A stretch of 43,604 nt of DNA from a bacterium (GTDB taxonomy: Bacteria > Arandabacterota > Arandabacteria > Arandabacterales > JALGWA01): the NCBI GenBank assembly GCA_050125095.1, contig JASFEA010000008.1:1-43604 (forward strand). The letters are read 5' to 3'. The notes beneath the pieces are model-generated. The model was not told the origin of the DNA and searched no databases. It was given only the letters and a program-made list of their open reading frames with translations. Positions 8,939 through 18,492 of this stretch are shown one piece after another; within the stretch, counting starts at the first letter, position 1; every line of letters starts with the position of its first letter. The position numbers were made by a program, and so were the translations under genes.

Positions 8939-9943
8939 ATGGAGTTTACAGGAGAGAGGCTGGTACCCGGCGTCGATGGCCTCGAGGAGCTCTACACCGA
9001 GCACATGAGCCGCTATCTGCTGGCGTCCGCGCTTTCCGAGGGAAAGCGGGTTCTGGACGTCGGCTGCGGCTGCGGCTACGGCACGCATCTCCTGGCCAGG
9101 GCCGGGGCGGCCGAAGTCCTGGGCGTCGACATCTCCCCCGAAGCCGTCGACTTCGCCGGCGGCCGCTATTCCCGCGAGGGCCTGTCTTACCGTGTCATGG
9201 ATGCGAGGCGGCTCGATCTGGAATGCTGCTTCGACCTCGTCACCTGCTTCGAGCTCATCGAGCATGTCGCCGAGGACGAGGCCGTGGTTCGGTCGATATC
9301 AGGTCTGCTCGCCGAGGGCGGCATATGTCTCATCTCCACCCCGAATGCCGAGACCTACGTGGCCGGCGGTGAGGGAGGAAGCAATCCGTACCACTGCCGC
9401 GAGTACAGTTCAGACGAGTTCGAGGCCCTCCTGAAAACCGCGTTCGGCGGCGTCACAATGCTGGAACAGCGCTGGACCGACGGCATCTTGATGAGCCCCC
9501 GGTCCGCGGCGCAGGGCCCGCGGAAGGGGCCTGGAATAGCCGCGCTTCTTCCCGATGAAACGGGAGCCGAACCGGGGCAGGGGTCATTCGGGCCTCCCCC
9601 GTTTTTCATTGCCGTATGCGCAAAGAGTGAGGCCACGGTGGTTCCGGAGATCCTGACGCGGCCTTTCGGGGCAATAACGGCGGGCAGCCGCTACCGGAAA
9701 CTCAAGGAGGAGTTTGACAGGCGCGGCCGCTGGGCGACATCGCTTGATGAGGAGGTGCGCTCCAGAGATGCCCTGGTCAGCCGGTTACGCGACGAGAAAG
9801 CCAAGCTGGAGGCGGAATTCGACGAACGCGGCCGCTGGGCCCAGGGCCTCGACCGCAAGGTGCGGGAAAAGGATGAACTGATAAGCAAATTGATGGCCGA
9901 GAACGAACGCCTCAAAAGGGCGGCCGTGATGGCCGAGAGGTAG
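8939..9943 (+). CDS. class I SAM-dependent methyltransferase with C-terminal coiled coil
   Basis: FTGER..H..RY, VLDVGCGCGYG, FELIEHV, ISTPN; heptad-rich C-terminus. Confidence 0.85.
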   Translation: MEFTGERLVPGVDGLEELYTEHMSRYLLASALSEGKRVLDVGCGCGYGTHLLARAGAAEVLGVDISPEAVDFAGGRYSREGLSYRVMDARRLDLECCFDLVTCFELIEHVAEDEAVVRSISGLLAEGGICLISTPNAETYVAGGEGGSNPYHCREYSSDEFEALLKTAFGGVTMLEQRWTDGILMSPRSAAQGPRKGPGIAALLPDETGAEPGQGSFGPPPFFIAVCAKSEATVVPEILTRPFGAITAGSRYRKLKEEFDRRGRWATSLDEEVRSRDALVSRLRDEKAKLEAEFDERGRWAQGLDRKVREKDELISKLMAENERLKRAAVMAER

Positions 9944-9961
9944 AACATCACGAGGGGTGGC

Positions 9962-12900
9962 ATGGACAGGAAATCCGTAATATCGATTCTTGCGCTCAAC
10001 AACCTCGACCTGACCAGGCAGTGCATAGAGAGCATATTCGAGAACACAGAGGGTGACTACAGGATCTGCGTCTTCAACCAGGGGTCGGATGACGGGACGG
10101 AGGAGTACCTGGACGGGCTCGGGGACAGGATAGACTGCATACACAGCCCGGAGAACGTCGGCTTCATCACTGGAAACAACAAGATCATGGAGAAGTATCC
10201 CGACGACGATATCGTTCTCCTGAACAACGACACCCTGGTCAAGAAGGGCTGGCTCAAGTCCCTGAAGGAATGCGCCTACAGTGACCCCGCAATCGGCATT
10301 GTCGGCGCCAAGCTCGTGTATCCAAACGGCCTGCTTCAGGAAGCCGGAGGCGAGATCTTCCGTGACGGCTCGGGCCGCAATATAGGCAAATTCGATGACC
10401 CTGACCGGTATATATATAATATAAGAAGAGACGTTGATTACTGCTCCGGGGCCTGCCTTTATCTCAAGCGGGACGCCCTGAGCCAGATCGGGTATCTTGA
10501 CGAGGTCTTCAGCCCGGCCTACTGGGAGGATACAGATATCTGCTTCCGGGCGCGGGCCGCAGGGTTCCGCGTGGTCTACGAGCCTGCCGCCGCCGTTGTC
10601 CATCTGGAGGGCGCCACGGCGGGTTCGCCTGAGAAGCGGACGCTGTCCGGCCGGCTGCAGGCCAAGAACAAGCCCCTCTTCATGGAGAGGTGGGCGAAGG
10701 AGCTCGAGCGGCATCGCGAAAACGTCTTCGAGGTAAAGGGGAGTCCGGGCAGGGAGAAGATCCTCATTATTCAGCCCTTCCTGCCCATGTACGACAGGGC
10801 AGCCGGGGAGAAACGCTGGTTTCACACCCTCAAGATCCTGGCGAAGCACTACGATGTCGTCCTCCTTGCGAGAAACGGGACGGGTCAGCTCAAGTACATA
10901 AACGAAGTCGAGAAGATGGGCGTGACGGTTTTCCACACCGACCAGTCCAGGCTTCAGAACATGGGCTGCGATCTCAAGGGGCCCATCTGGATTGATTTCC
11001 CGCTGCTACTCAAGTCGAATGACTTCAAGGCCGTTATCGTAGGCTTCTATCATGTAGCGCACCAGTACTGGAGGGACATCAGGCAGCACTCGCCTCACAG
11101 CGTCTTCATCATAGACTCATTCGATGTCTGCTATGTGCGACAGAAGAGAAAGGCGCTACTGACCGGCGATCCTGCGAAGCTCTGGGAAGCCGAGGAGACC
11201 AAGCGGCTGGAACTGGCGATGTACCGCCGGGCGGATATGGTCCTGACCGTCACCGGGAGAGACCGTGCGACGCTCCTCGAAGAGGCACCTGATCTCAATG
11301 TCGGCATCTCGACCGACATTCATCCGGTTACAGAGGATGAGGGGGAAGCCGAACGGCGCGATATAGTCTTTGTCGGCAACTTCAACCACGATCCCAATGA
11401 AGACGCAGTCGTCTACTTCATGGATGAGATCTGGCCGCTGGTCAAGCAACGTGTCCCGGATCTCAAGTTTTACATAGTGGGGAACGCCCCTACCGATAGA
11501 GTCGAGGCCTATGCCTCGGATGACGTTGTCGTTACAGGCTTCGTCCCCGAAGTGATTCCCTACCTCCTCAGGGCCAAGGCTTTTGTGGTACCGCTTCGTT
11601 ATGGCGCCGGTCTTAAAGGCAAGATAGGAGAGGCTCTGTCCTGCGGCATTCCTGTTGTAACGACATCGATCGGCGCGGAGGGTATGGACCTGGTTCACCG
11701 GAGGAGCGCTTTGATCGCCGACGAGCCGGATGCTTTCGCGGACATGGTCGCGGAAGTGTGCTCGGACAATGACCTCTGGAATACCCTGTCAAGCGAGGGC
11801 AGGGCACTGGCCCGCAGGAACTACTCCTATGAAACGGTGGAGCGCTATTGGAAAGAGGTGTTCGATTTCATCGCCGCCGGCGTTCCCGAAAAGCGCCATA
11901 TAGGGGCCGGGAGCGTGGAAGGCGGCTACACCAGGCCGCGTCCGGTGCCCGAGATCTGTCCCGATGTCGGCATAGTCATTCCGGTGCACAACCACCTGGG
12001 GGCGACTCGCAACTGCTGGTTGAGCATCAAGAAGAATACCAGCCGGCCTTACCAGATTGTGATTGTGGACAATGGTTCCGCCGAACAGGTCGCCTATGAA
12101 GCCGATCAGAACAACATCGAAGTCATACGTAACGAGAGCAACACTGGTTTTGCGCATGCATGCAACCAGGGCATAAGGGCGACTCATGGCGAGTACGTAG
12201 TAATTCTGAACAACGACACGATCTTGCCGCCCGGCTGGCTCGACAGGCTTATGTGGCATATGGAGAATGATGAAAGTGTCGGAATAGTCGGTCCGTCTAC
12301 GAGCTTCGCCTCCACGGTTCAGCAGATTCCTGTTGCTTATAAGAACGAGCGCGGCCTGTACGAGTTCAACGAGGAAGTCTACGAGAAGAACCGGCATAAG
12401 AGCATGGAAGTGGACAAGGTCGTCGGGGTTTGTATGCTCGTCAGGAGAGAGATGCTCGACGAGATCGGCCTGTTCGACACCCGATTCGGCATCGGCAACT
12501 TCGAAGACGATGATATCTGTTTGAGGGCGAGACTAGCGGGCTACAAGGTCCTGTGGGCCAGAGACGCGTTCGTTCACCATGAGGGAAGCAAGACCTTCCG
12601 CACCATCGATGTCGACTACGGCAAGCTCATGGAGGAGAACAGAGAGAAGTTCTCGGCAAAGTGGGGGCAGGTTGCAGGCGCCGCCGGATTATGCCCGGGA
12701 GCCGCATCCTCTGCGGCCCCTGAGAGCCGGACCGGGGAGGTAACGCAGCCCGCGCCGCCGATTTCGGGGCCGCCGGTCGTACTGCTGGCCCGCGGTGACG
12801 GCAAGGCGCTTGATGAGACCATATATAGCCTGAAGCACGCTTCCCCGGGACCGATTCACATCGCAGGCAATCCGGCAGAGACGCGGGACGGCGTCAGCAT

Positions 12901-13975
12901 AATCGAGAATGTCGACGGCGGGTCGACGGCGGCGGCGGTCATTGAGTTCGCCCGCAAGTGCGAAGATGACCTGATCTTCTTCGTCTCGGAGGGGGCGGTC
13001 GTCACGCCGGACTGGGCGACTCCCCTCGAGAGCCTGATGAAGCTGGATGACGTCGGTTGCGCGGTGTCGGCCACAAACGCCGGCTGGGGCCTCCAGCAGA
13101 TGAGCCCGGCATACGGCAAGGTCGGCAAGCCGCTCGTGAAGTTCGCCAGGCGCAACTCGCTTGAGCACCGGGGACGGGTCGAGAATCTGGAGGCGGCTCA
13201 TCCCGCGGCATTTGCAATAGAGAAGAGGGTACTGCTCGAGGCCGGTCTGGCCGATGAGTTCGATTCGGATGCCCTGTTCGTGGACCTCCAGAGGAGAGTC
13301 AGGGATCTCGGTCTGCGCCTCGTCTGCGCCAGGGACTCCTATGTTCACTTCGAGAGGGCCGATGATGCCGCGGCGGAAGCCGAGCGAGGCGCCGCAGTCA
13401 AGCTCCTGAGCGCCGGGTCGCAGGCCGCGGGCGGCAACATCGACTCGGCTATGTCCGATGTCGACGGCGCCATCGCACTCAAGCCCGATTATGCGGAGGC
13501 GCATTACCAGAGAGGCCTGCTGCTCGTTCTCTCAGGAAGGGCTGACGAAGCCCGGGCCGAATTCGAGCAAGTCGCGAATATCAATCCACGGGACTCAAGG
13601 GCCCATAACAACCTCGGCTGCATTCTGTTCGAGGCGGGGATGGCAGAGGACGCCGAGAGAGCATTCTCGAGAGCCGTGGACGTTGATCCCGGCAACTGGG
13701 AGGCCAAGAAGAACCTGGCCGACCTCTACCTGTCGAGGGGCATGGCGGAGGATGGTATGAATCTCTACCACCAGCTCCTCAAGGAGCACAATGACCGTCC
13801 CGAGATCCATACATCGGTCGCGCAGGTGTTCGCGTCCCTGGGCGATACCAAAACGGCCGCCGCGCTGCTCAGGTCGGCACAGAGGCTCGCTCCGGGGGAC
13901 GAGACGATAAGGACGGCGCTGGAAGCGGTCGAAGCCGCGGCCGGAGCCGGGGAGGACAACCAGGTTGAATACTGA
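9962..13975 (+). CDS. multi-domain glycosyltransferase (GT2 - GT4 - GT2 - degenerate GT2 - TPR)
   Basis: Two LNNDT/EDxD GT2 modules, GT4 VPLRYGAGLKGKIGEALSCGIPVVTTSIGAEG, C-terminal TPRs (PDYAEAHYQRG, DSRAHNNLG). Confidence 0.9.
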   Translation: MDRKSVISILALNNLDLTRQCIESIFENTEGDYRICVFNQGSDDGTEEYLDGLGDRIDCIHSPENVGFITGNNKIMEKYPDDDIVLLNNDTLVKKGWLKSLKECAYSDPAIGIVGAKLVYPNGLLQEAGGEIFRDGSGRNIGKFDDPDRYIYNIRRDVDYCSGACLYLKRDALSQIGYLDEVFSPAYWEDTDICFRARAAGFRVVYEPAAAVVHLEGATAGSPEKRTLSGRLQAKNKPLFMERWAKELERHRENVFEVKGSPGREKILIIQPFLPMYDRAAGEKRWFHTLKILAKHYDVVLLARNGTGQLKYINEVEKMGVTVFHTDQSRLQNMGCDLKGPIWIDFPLLLKSNDFKAVIVGFYHVAHQYWRDIRQHSPHSVFIIDSFDVCYVRQKRKALLTGDPAKLWEAEETKRLELAMYRRADMVLTVTGRDRATLLEEAPDLNVGISTDIHPVTEDEGEAERRDIVFVGNFNHDPNEDAVVYFMDEIWPLVKQRVPDLKFYIVGNAPTDRVEAYASDDVVVTGFVPEVIPYLLRAKAFVVPLRYGAGLKGKIGEALSCGIPVVTTSIGAEGMDLVHRRSALIADEPDAFADMVAEVCSDNDLWNTLSSEGRALARRNYSYETVERYWKEVFDFIAAGVPEKRHIGAGSVEGGYTRPRPVPEICPDVGIVIPVHNHLGATRNCWLSIKKNTSRPYQIVIVDNGSAEQVAYEADQNNIEVIRNESNTGFAHACNQGIRATHGEYVVILNNDTILPPGWLDRLMWHMENDESVGIVGPSTSFASTVQQIPVAYKNERGLYEFNEEVYEKNRHKSMEVDKVVGVCMLVRREMLDEIGLFDTRFGIGNFEDDDICLRARLAGYKVLWARDAFVHHEGSKTFRTIDVDYGKLMEENREKFSAKWGQVAGAAGLCPGAASSAAPESRTGEVTQPAPPISGPPVVLLARGDGKALDETIYSLKHASPGPIHIAGNPAETRDGVSIIENVDGGSTAAAVIEFARKCEDDLIFFVSEGAVVTPDWATPLESLMKLDDVGCAVSATNAGWGLQQMSPAYGKVGKPLVKFARRNSLEHRGRVENLEAAHPAAFAIEKRVLLEAGLADEFDSDALFVDLQRRVRDLGLRLVCARDSYVHFERADDAAAEAERGAAVKLLSAGSQAAGGNIDSAMSDVDGAIALKPDYAEAHYQRGLLLVLSGRADEARAEFEQVANINPRDSRAHNNLGCILFEAGMAEDAERAFSRAVDVDPGNWEAKKNLADLYLSRGMAEDGMNLYHQLLKEHNDRPEIHTSVAQVFASLGDTKTAAALLRSAQRLAPGDETIRTALEAVEAAAGAGEDNQVEY

Positions 13976-15422
13976 TGCGAAGCGGCTCACCGTCTGCATG
14001 ATAGTGAAGAATGAGGAAGCGAACCTGCCCAGGGCGCTCGATAGCGTGAAGGGTGTGGCCGATGAGATCGTAGTCGTCGATACGGGGTCAAGCGACGGCA
14101 CGAAGGCCCTGGCGGAGTCAATGGGGGCCTCTGTGTTCGAGCACCCCTGGAAAAACGACTTCGCCGATGCCAAGAACGCCGCTCTGGAGAGGGCGACGGG
14201 CCGGTGGATTCTCTTTCTGGACGCCGACGAGTACGTCTGCCCCGAGTCCCGGGACAGAATCCTGTCGGCGATCTCCGGCGAGGCCGACGCCTACTTCGTC
14301 AGAATAGAGAGCGAAGTGAAGTCGGGCGCCGGCCGGACTTTCGTCAGTCTCCACCAGCGTCTCTTCAGGAACAACCTGGGAATACGATACGAGGGCGCGG
14401 TTCACGAACAGGTGGACTCGTCGCTGAAGCGGACAGGCGCGCATGTCAGGAACTCGGAGATCGTCCTCAAGCATACGGGCTACGGCCTCGACGCGGCGGG
14501 GATGAAGCCGAAGTTGGAGCGCAACCTCCATATCCTCAGACAGGTGCTGCTTGAGAATCCCGACGATGCGGTGTCGCTCTTTCATCTGGGGGAGACGCTT
14601 TCGCTTCTGGGGACATACGACGCGGCAGTCGACGCCTACGAAAGGGCGCTTGAGGTGGGGGGGCTTCCAGACGGGATAAAACCCGTGGCGATTCAGAATA
14701 TGGCGTCCTCGATGATAAAGATGCGGAGGTATGATGAGGCAATGCGGCACATCAGGAGGGCGCAGGAGCTCGATCCATCGATGCTCAGCGCGCACCTCCT
14801 CATGGGTTCAGCCCTATTCGGCCAGAGGAAGTTCGAAAGGGCCGAGAAGGAGATACTTACCTATATAACAAGAGCGAACGATTCGCGCAGACGCGCCACA
14901 CATATCCTGGGATTCGAAGCCGATATTCCGGCCGCCCTCGTGCTTGTCGCCAAGTGCCGGTTGGCGCGCGGGGATCTGGAGGGAGCCGGTCTGGCTCTGA
15001 AGGACGCGGTCAGAACGGATGGGGACTATCCCGACAGTCACATACTATTGGGCAGGATCGCCTTCGAGAAGATGGACTTCGCAAGAGCGGTGCCCCACTT
15101 CGAGAAGGCGCTCGAGATGCTGCCGCGCGAAGAACTCCTGTACTTCGAGCTCTCCAAGTCCTACATGGCAGCGGGGGCATATGACAGGGCGGAAGAGACA
15201 CTGGAGCGGGCCCTCGGCGAGGATCTCGAGAGCGCGGGGCTCTTGAGATGCCTCGGCATAGTCCGGGTCAAGCGGCAGAATCTCGAGGGGGCGATTAGGG
15301 CTTTCGAACGTGCCCACAGCCTCGACCCGGCCGACCGGGAGGCGCCGAGAATGCTGGCGGGTCTTCACCACAAGCTGGGGGATCCGGAGGCCGCCAAGAA
15401 ATATCTCATAATCTGCAAATAG
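13965..15422 (+). CDS. GT2 glycosyltransferase with TPR repeats (flagellin glycosyltransferase-like)
   Basis: CMIVKNEE, VDTGSSDGT, LDADE, GAVHEQ, HTGY followed by TPRs; directly upstream of flagellin. Confidence 0.85.
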   Translation: MNTDAKRLTVCMIVKNEEANLPRALDSVKGVADEIVVVDTGSSDGTKALAESMGASVFEHPWKNDFADAKNAALERATGRWILFLDADEYVCPESRDRILSAISGEADAYFVRIESEVKSGAGRTFVSLHQRLFRNNLGIRYEGAVHEQVDSSLKRTGAHVRNSEIVLKHTGYGLDAAGMKPKLERNLHILRQVLLENPDDAVSLFHLGETLSLLGTYDAAVDAYERALEVGGLPDGIKPVAIQNMASSMIKMRRYDEAMRHIRRAQELDPSMLSAHLLMGSALFGQRKFERAEKEILTYITRANDSRRRATHILGFEADIPAALVLVAKCRLARGDLEGAGLALKDAVRTDGDYPDSHILLGRIAFEKMDFARAVPHFEKALEMLPREELLYFELSKSYMAAGAYDRAEETLERALGEDLESAGLLRCLGIVRVKRQNLEGAIRAFERAHSLDPADREAPRMLAGLHHKLGDPEAAKKYLIICK

Positions 15423-15477
15423 AGTCTAATTTAGGCAATATCAACGAGTTGCGTCCCCAGAAAACCGATTTGACCCC

Positions 15478-15504
15478 TAAAGTTTTCAACTATCTGCTCG
15501 ATAG
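15478..15504 (+). promoter_or_regulatory. sigma28 (FliA/SigD) promoter of flagellin
   Basis: TAAAGTTT-N11-CTCGATAG against consensus TAAAGTTT-N11-GCCGATAA. Confidence 0.85.
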
Positions 15505-15674
15505 GTCTATAGGGAGTTAGAGCGTCGACCACCATGACGGTGGTATGCGTCATGAAAAGAAATGATGATGAAAGGGGGTGCATTTCGGTCACAGGGGTAC
15601 CTGTATGGTGCCTCTGCTCAGCTATCTGGAACTGCCACAGCATCAGGGTCGACCATGACGGTTTGGCCCGGGTT

Positions 15675-15686
15675 GGCAAGGAAGCC
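15675..15686 (+). promoter_or_regulatory. putative CsrA-binding hairpin in flagellin leader
   Basis: GGC-AAGGAA-GCC: ANGGA in a hexaloop ~38 nt before the flagellin ATG; csrA/fliW in the same cluster. Confidence 0.65.
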
Positions 15687-15723
15687 CCAGCGAGGTCAAG
15701 ATGATCGTAAGGGGGTTTATGAA

Positions 15724-16566
15724 ATGGCGAATGCTGACCTCTCAAGGATTAATGTAAACATCGCGGCGCTGAACGCCTTGAATGCGCTGCGCGATGTCAA
15801 CTCCAAGCTGGCTACACACCAGCTTCGTCTGGCCACCGGTCAGAAGATTAACTCTGCGGCCGATGATCCGGCCGGCATGACCTTTGCCAAGAAGCTGAAC
15901 GGCAGGGCAAGAGGTCTCGCCGTCGCCCGTGACAACATCGGTGACGCCACCAACCTGCTTTCAGTGGCCGAAGGTGGTATTGAGAACATCAGTGAGATTC
16001 TCATTACCATGAAGGAGAAGATTCTCCAGGCCGCTAACGATACCCTGGGCACGTCCGAGAGGGCGGCCGTGGAATCGCAGCTCGATGAACTGGCCGCCGA
16101 AATCGACCAGATCGTCGGCGCGACCACCTGGGGCGGCACCGTGCTGCTCGACGGCAACTACACCGGCAAGCAGTTCCAGGTTGGCGAGCAGGCTACGGAC
16201 ACGATGAGCTTCGGGATCTCGCAGAGCCACAATGCGGCCGATCTCAGCGTTGCCGACGGCGACCTCGACGTGACCACCACCAGCGCGGCTTCGTCCGCCC
16301 TGGCGAACGTCAACGCCGCCATCAGCACAATCAACACGAGCCTGCAGTCGATAGGTTCGACTTCTGCAAGAATGGGCATCAAGGAAGCCAACATCTCGGT
16401 TGCTATCACCAACGTGTGGGCTTCTTACAACAGGATTTACAATGCCGACATGGCGTCGGAGCAGATGGAGGCAACCAAGTACCTTGTGTTGCAGCAGACT
16501 GCTACCGCTATGCTTGCACAGGCGAACCTGGCTCCGCAGACTATTCTGAGTCTGATTAGAGGCTAA
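15724..16566 (+). CDS. fliC: flagellin (short, 280 aa)
   Basis: RINVNIAALNA, RLATGQKINSAADDPAG, VLQQTATAMLAQANLAPQTILSL; ATG 15724 after AAGGGGG. Confidence 0.97.
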   Translation: MANADLSRINVNIAALNALNALRDVNSKLATHQLRLATGQKINSAADDPAGMTFAKKLNGRARGLAVARDNIGDATNLLSVAEGGIENISEILITMKEKILQAANDTLGTSERAAVESQLDELAAEIDQIVGATTWGGTVLLDGNYTGKQFQVGEQATDTMSFGISQSHNAADLSVADGDLDVTTTSAASSALANVNAAISTINTSLQSIGSTSARMGIKEANISVAITNVWASYNRIYNADMASEQMEATKYLVLQQTATAMLAQANLAPQTILSLIRG

Positions 16567-16582
16567 CCAGCCTTTAGCTGTC

Positions 16583-16609
16583 GGGTGCTCCCCCGCTGGG
16601 GGAGCACCC
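16583..16609 (+). terminator. 12-bp GC hairpin after flagellin (terminator or mRNA stabiliser)
   Basis: GGGTGCTCCCCC-GCT-GGGGGAGCACCC; no strong U-tract. Confidence 0.7.
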
Positions 16610-16694
16610 ACTCTGACTAAGACTGGAAGGCGCGCGGGGAGGGCGATCTACGCGGGCCGAACGAGCCGTCTCGAGAGAGAAGGGAGCGGGCGAG

Positions 16695-17066
16695 ATGAAG
16701 TATGACGGAGTTGATGCCTATAAGCAGAGCCAGGTTACGGGGGCGTCCCCGGGCCAGCTCGTGCTTATGCTCTATGACCACGTTTTGAAATGCCTCAAAG
16801 AATCAGACCAGCGCGGTGCATGCAAAGGAATCGTGGAGTTGATGGGAGCCCTTGACGTCGACTACCAGGAGATTTCAGGGAGGCTGTTCAGCCTCTACGA
16901 GTTCTGTCTCGAACAGGTCAAGAAAGGAAACACCGAAGAGGCTTGTAAGATGCTCACCGAAATGCGGGATATGTGGGCGACAGCAATCAACAAGATGACC
17001 GCGGAGAGCATGTCGGACAAGCCGGAGGGCGATACCGCCAAGGAGACCACGGATGTCATCGTCTAG
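16695..17066 (+). CDS. fliS: flagellin chaperone FliS
   Basis: AYKQSQVTGASPGQLVLMLYD, LFSLYEF, MRDMW. Confidence 0.92.
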   Translation: MKYDGVDAYKQSQVTGASPGQLVLMLYDHVLKCLKESDQRGACKGIVELMGALDVDYQEISGRLFSLYEFCLEQVKKGNTEEACKMLTEMRDMWATAINKMTAESMSDKPEGDTAKETTDVIV

Positions 17067-18471
17067 CATACCGTCTATTTCGCTTAACGACTATCTGAGC
17101 GCTTACCTTACTTATCTGCAGGCGCCGATTACCACGCTCGAGACGAAGAAGTCCGACCTCGAGGTGAAACTGGCGATCTTCTCGGATCTCAAGGAGAAGC
17201 TCGAAGACCTTGAGGACCTGGCCGAGGACCTGGCGGGTACGGGGAGTTCGTCCAGTTTTCTCACCAAGAGCGTCACGTCAAGCAATGCGAGCGTGCTCAC
17301 CGCGACAGCGAGTACAACCGCCGCGTCGGGGGCCCACACCATTTTCGTAACGCAGCTGGCCCGATCTCATACGGTCGCCTCGTCCCGGTACGACCAGGAT
17401 GGGACCACGCTTGGGACCGCACATGCCGGGACAAGGGCTTTTTCCATCACCATAGGCGACGACACGTATGACGTCAGCGTTGAGATAGCGAGCGACGACA
17501 CCGACCAGGCGGTGCTCGGCGCCATAGCCGCGGCGATCAATGACTCGAGCAGCGGAGCAGTCTCCGCCTCGGTGGTGCTGGATACCCCGACCACCGCGAG
17601 GTTGACGATAGCCAGCGGCACGACGGGCACGGTCGGTACCATGTCCTTCACCGATACGGACGGCCTGCTTGCGGCCGTCGGGGTCACCAATGGGACGGCC
17701 GCGACGGACACGGTGGGGGGCTATATATACGCGGACCTGGGTGCGAATGAACTGGACGCGCTCTTGACTGTTGACGGTCTGAATGTCATAAGCAGCAGCA
17801 ACCAGGTCGAGAACATGATCACGGGGCTGTCGATCGACCTCTTGGCCGAGCAGGAGGTCGGGGATACGGCGATAACGCTTACAGTCGATCTCGATGTGGA
17901 AGCCATCAAGACGAAGATCGAAGAATTCCTTACGGGATACAACGATGCCTATGAGTATCTCTATGCCAAGACCGCGGTGGACGGCGATACCTACACGCGC
18001 GGCGTTCTCGCCGGCGAGTTCAGCTATATCTCGCTGAGGTCGAGCATGCGGGGCGCAATGGTCGGGTATATCTCGGGCACGGATTCTTCCTACCGGGCTT
18101 TGAGCCAGATAGGCATCACTTCAACGAGAACCGGCACTTTCAGCATCTCCGATTCGACCAAGCTCGAGGAGGCGCTGGAGAACGATCTCGAAGGCGTGGC
18201 GGCGCTGTTCAACTCCGAGAACGGGATAGCGTCGGCGCTGGAATCGCTGATTTCGCAGTATGTTTCGGTTGAGGGCACTATAGCCACCAGCCGGGAGGCA
18301 GTCAACGACAGAATAGACAGGATTGAGGACAGCATAGAGCGCCAGGAGAAGACGCTGAGCATCCGTGAAAAGGCGCTGAAGGACCAGTATTACGCTCTCC
18401 AGGAAATGCTCTATGCCCTGAATTCCTCAAACCAGATTGCTACGAGTCTTGCAGCACTATACGGACTATAG
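17053..18471 (+). CDS. fliD: flagellar filament cap protein FliD
   Basis: VTQLARSH, VDGLNVISSSNQV, LSQIGI, C-terminal LKDQYYAL coiled coil. Confidence 0.92.
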   Translation: MSSSSIPSISLNDYLSAYLTYLQAPITTLETKKSDLEVKLAIFSDLKEKLEDLEDLAEDLAGTGSSSSFLTKSVTSSNASVLTATASTTAASGAHTIFVTQLARSHTVASSRYDQDGTTLGTAHAGTRAFSITIGDDTYDVSVEIASDDTDQAVLGAIAAAINDSSSGAVSASVVLDTPTTARLTIASGTTGTVGTMSFTDTDGLLAAVGVTNGTAATDTVGGYIYADLGANELDALLTVDGLNVISSSNQVENMITGLSIDLLAEQEVGDTAITLTVDLDVEAIKTKIEEFLTGYNDAYEYLYAKTAVDGDTYTRGVLAGEFSYISLRSSMRGAMVGYISGTDSSYRALSQIGITSTRTGTFSISDSTKLEEALENDLEGVAALFNSENGIASALESLISQYVSVEGTIATSREAVNDRIDRIEDSIERQEKTLSIREKALKDQYYALQEMLYALNSSNQIATSLAALYGL

Positions 18472-18492
18472 ACAGATAATCGGTCAGGGGGC

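Noticed and set aside
10409-10418. (TA)5 run inside the multi-domain GT as a phase-variation tract
   Set aside because: Too short and simply encodes YIY in frame
14657-14663. G7 tract in GT2-TPR as a contingency locus
   Set aside because: An equal G7 occurs in tldD (29552-29558); frame intact; expected at this GC content
15562-15723. N-terminal extension of flagellin in the ORF track
   Set aside because: Homology and RBS point to ATG 15724; region is better read as a 5' UTR
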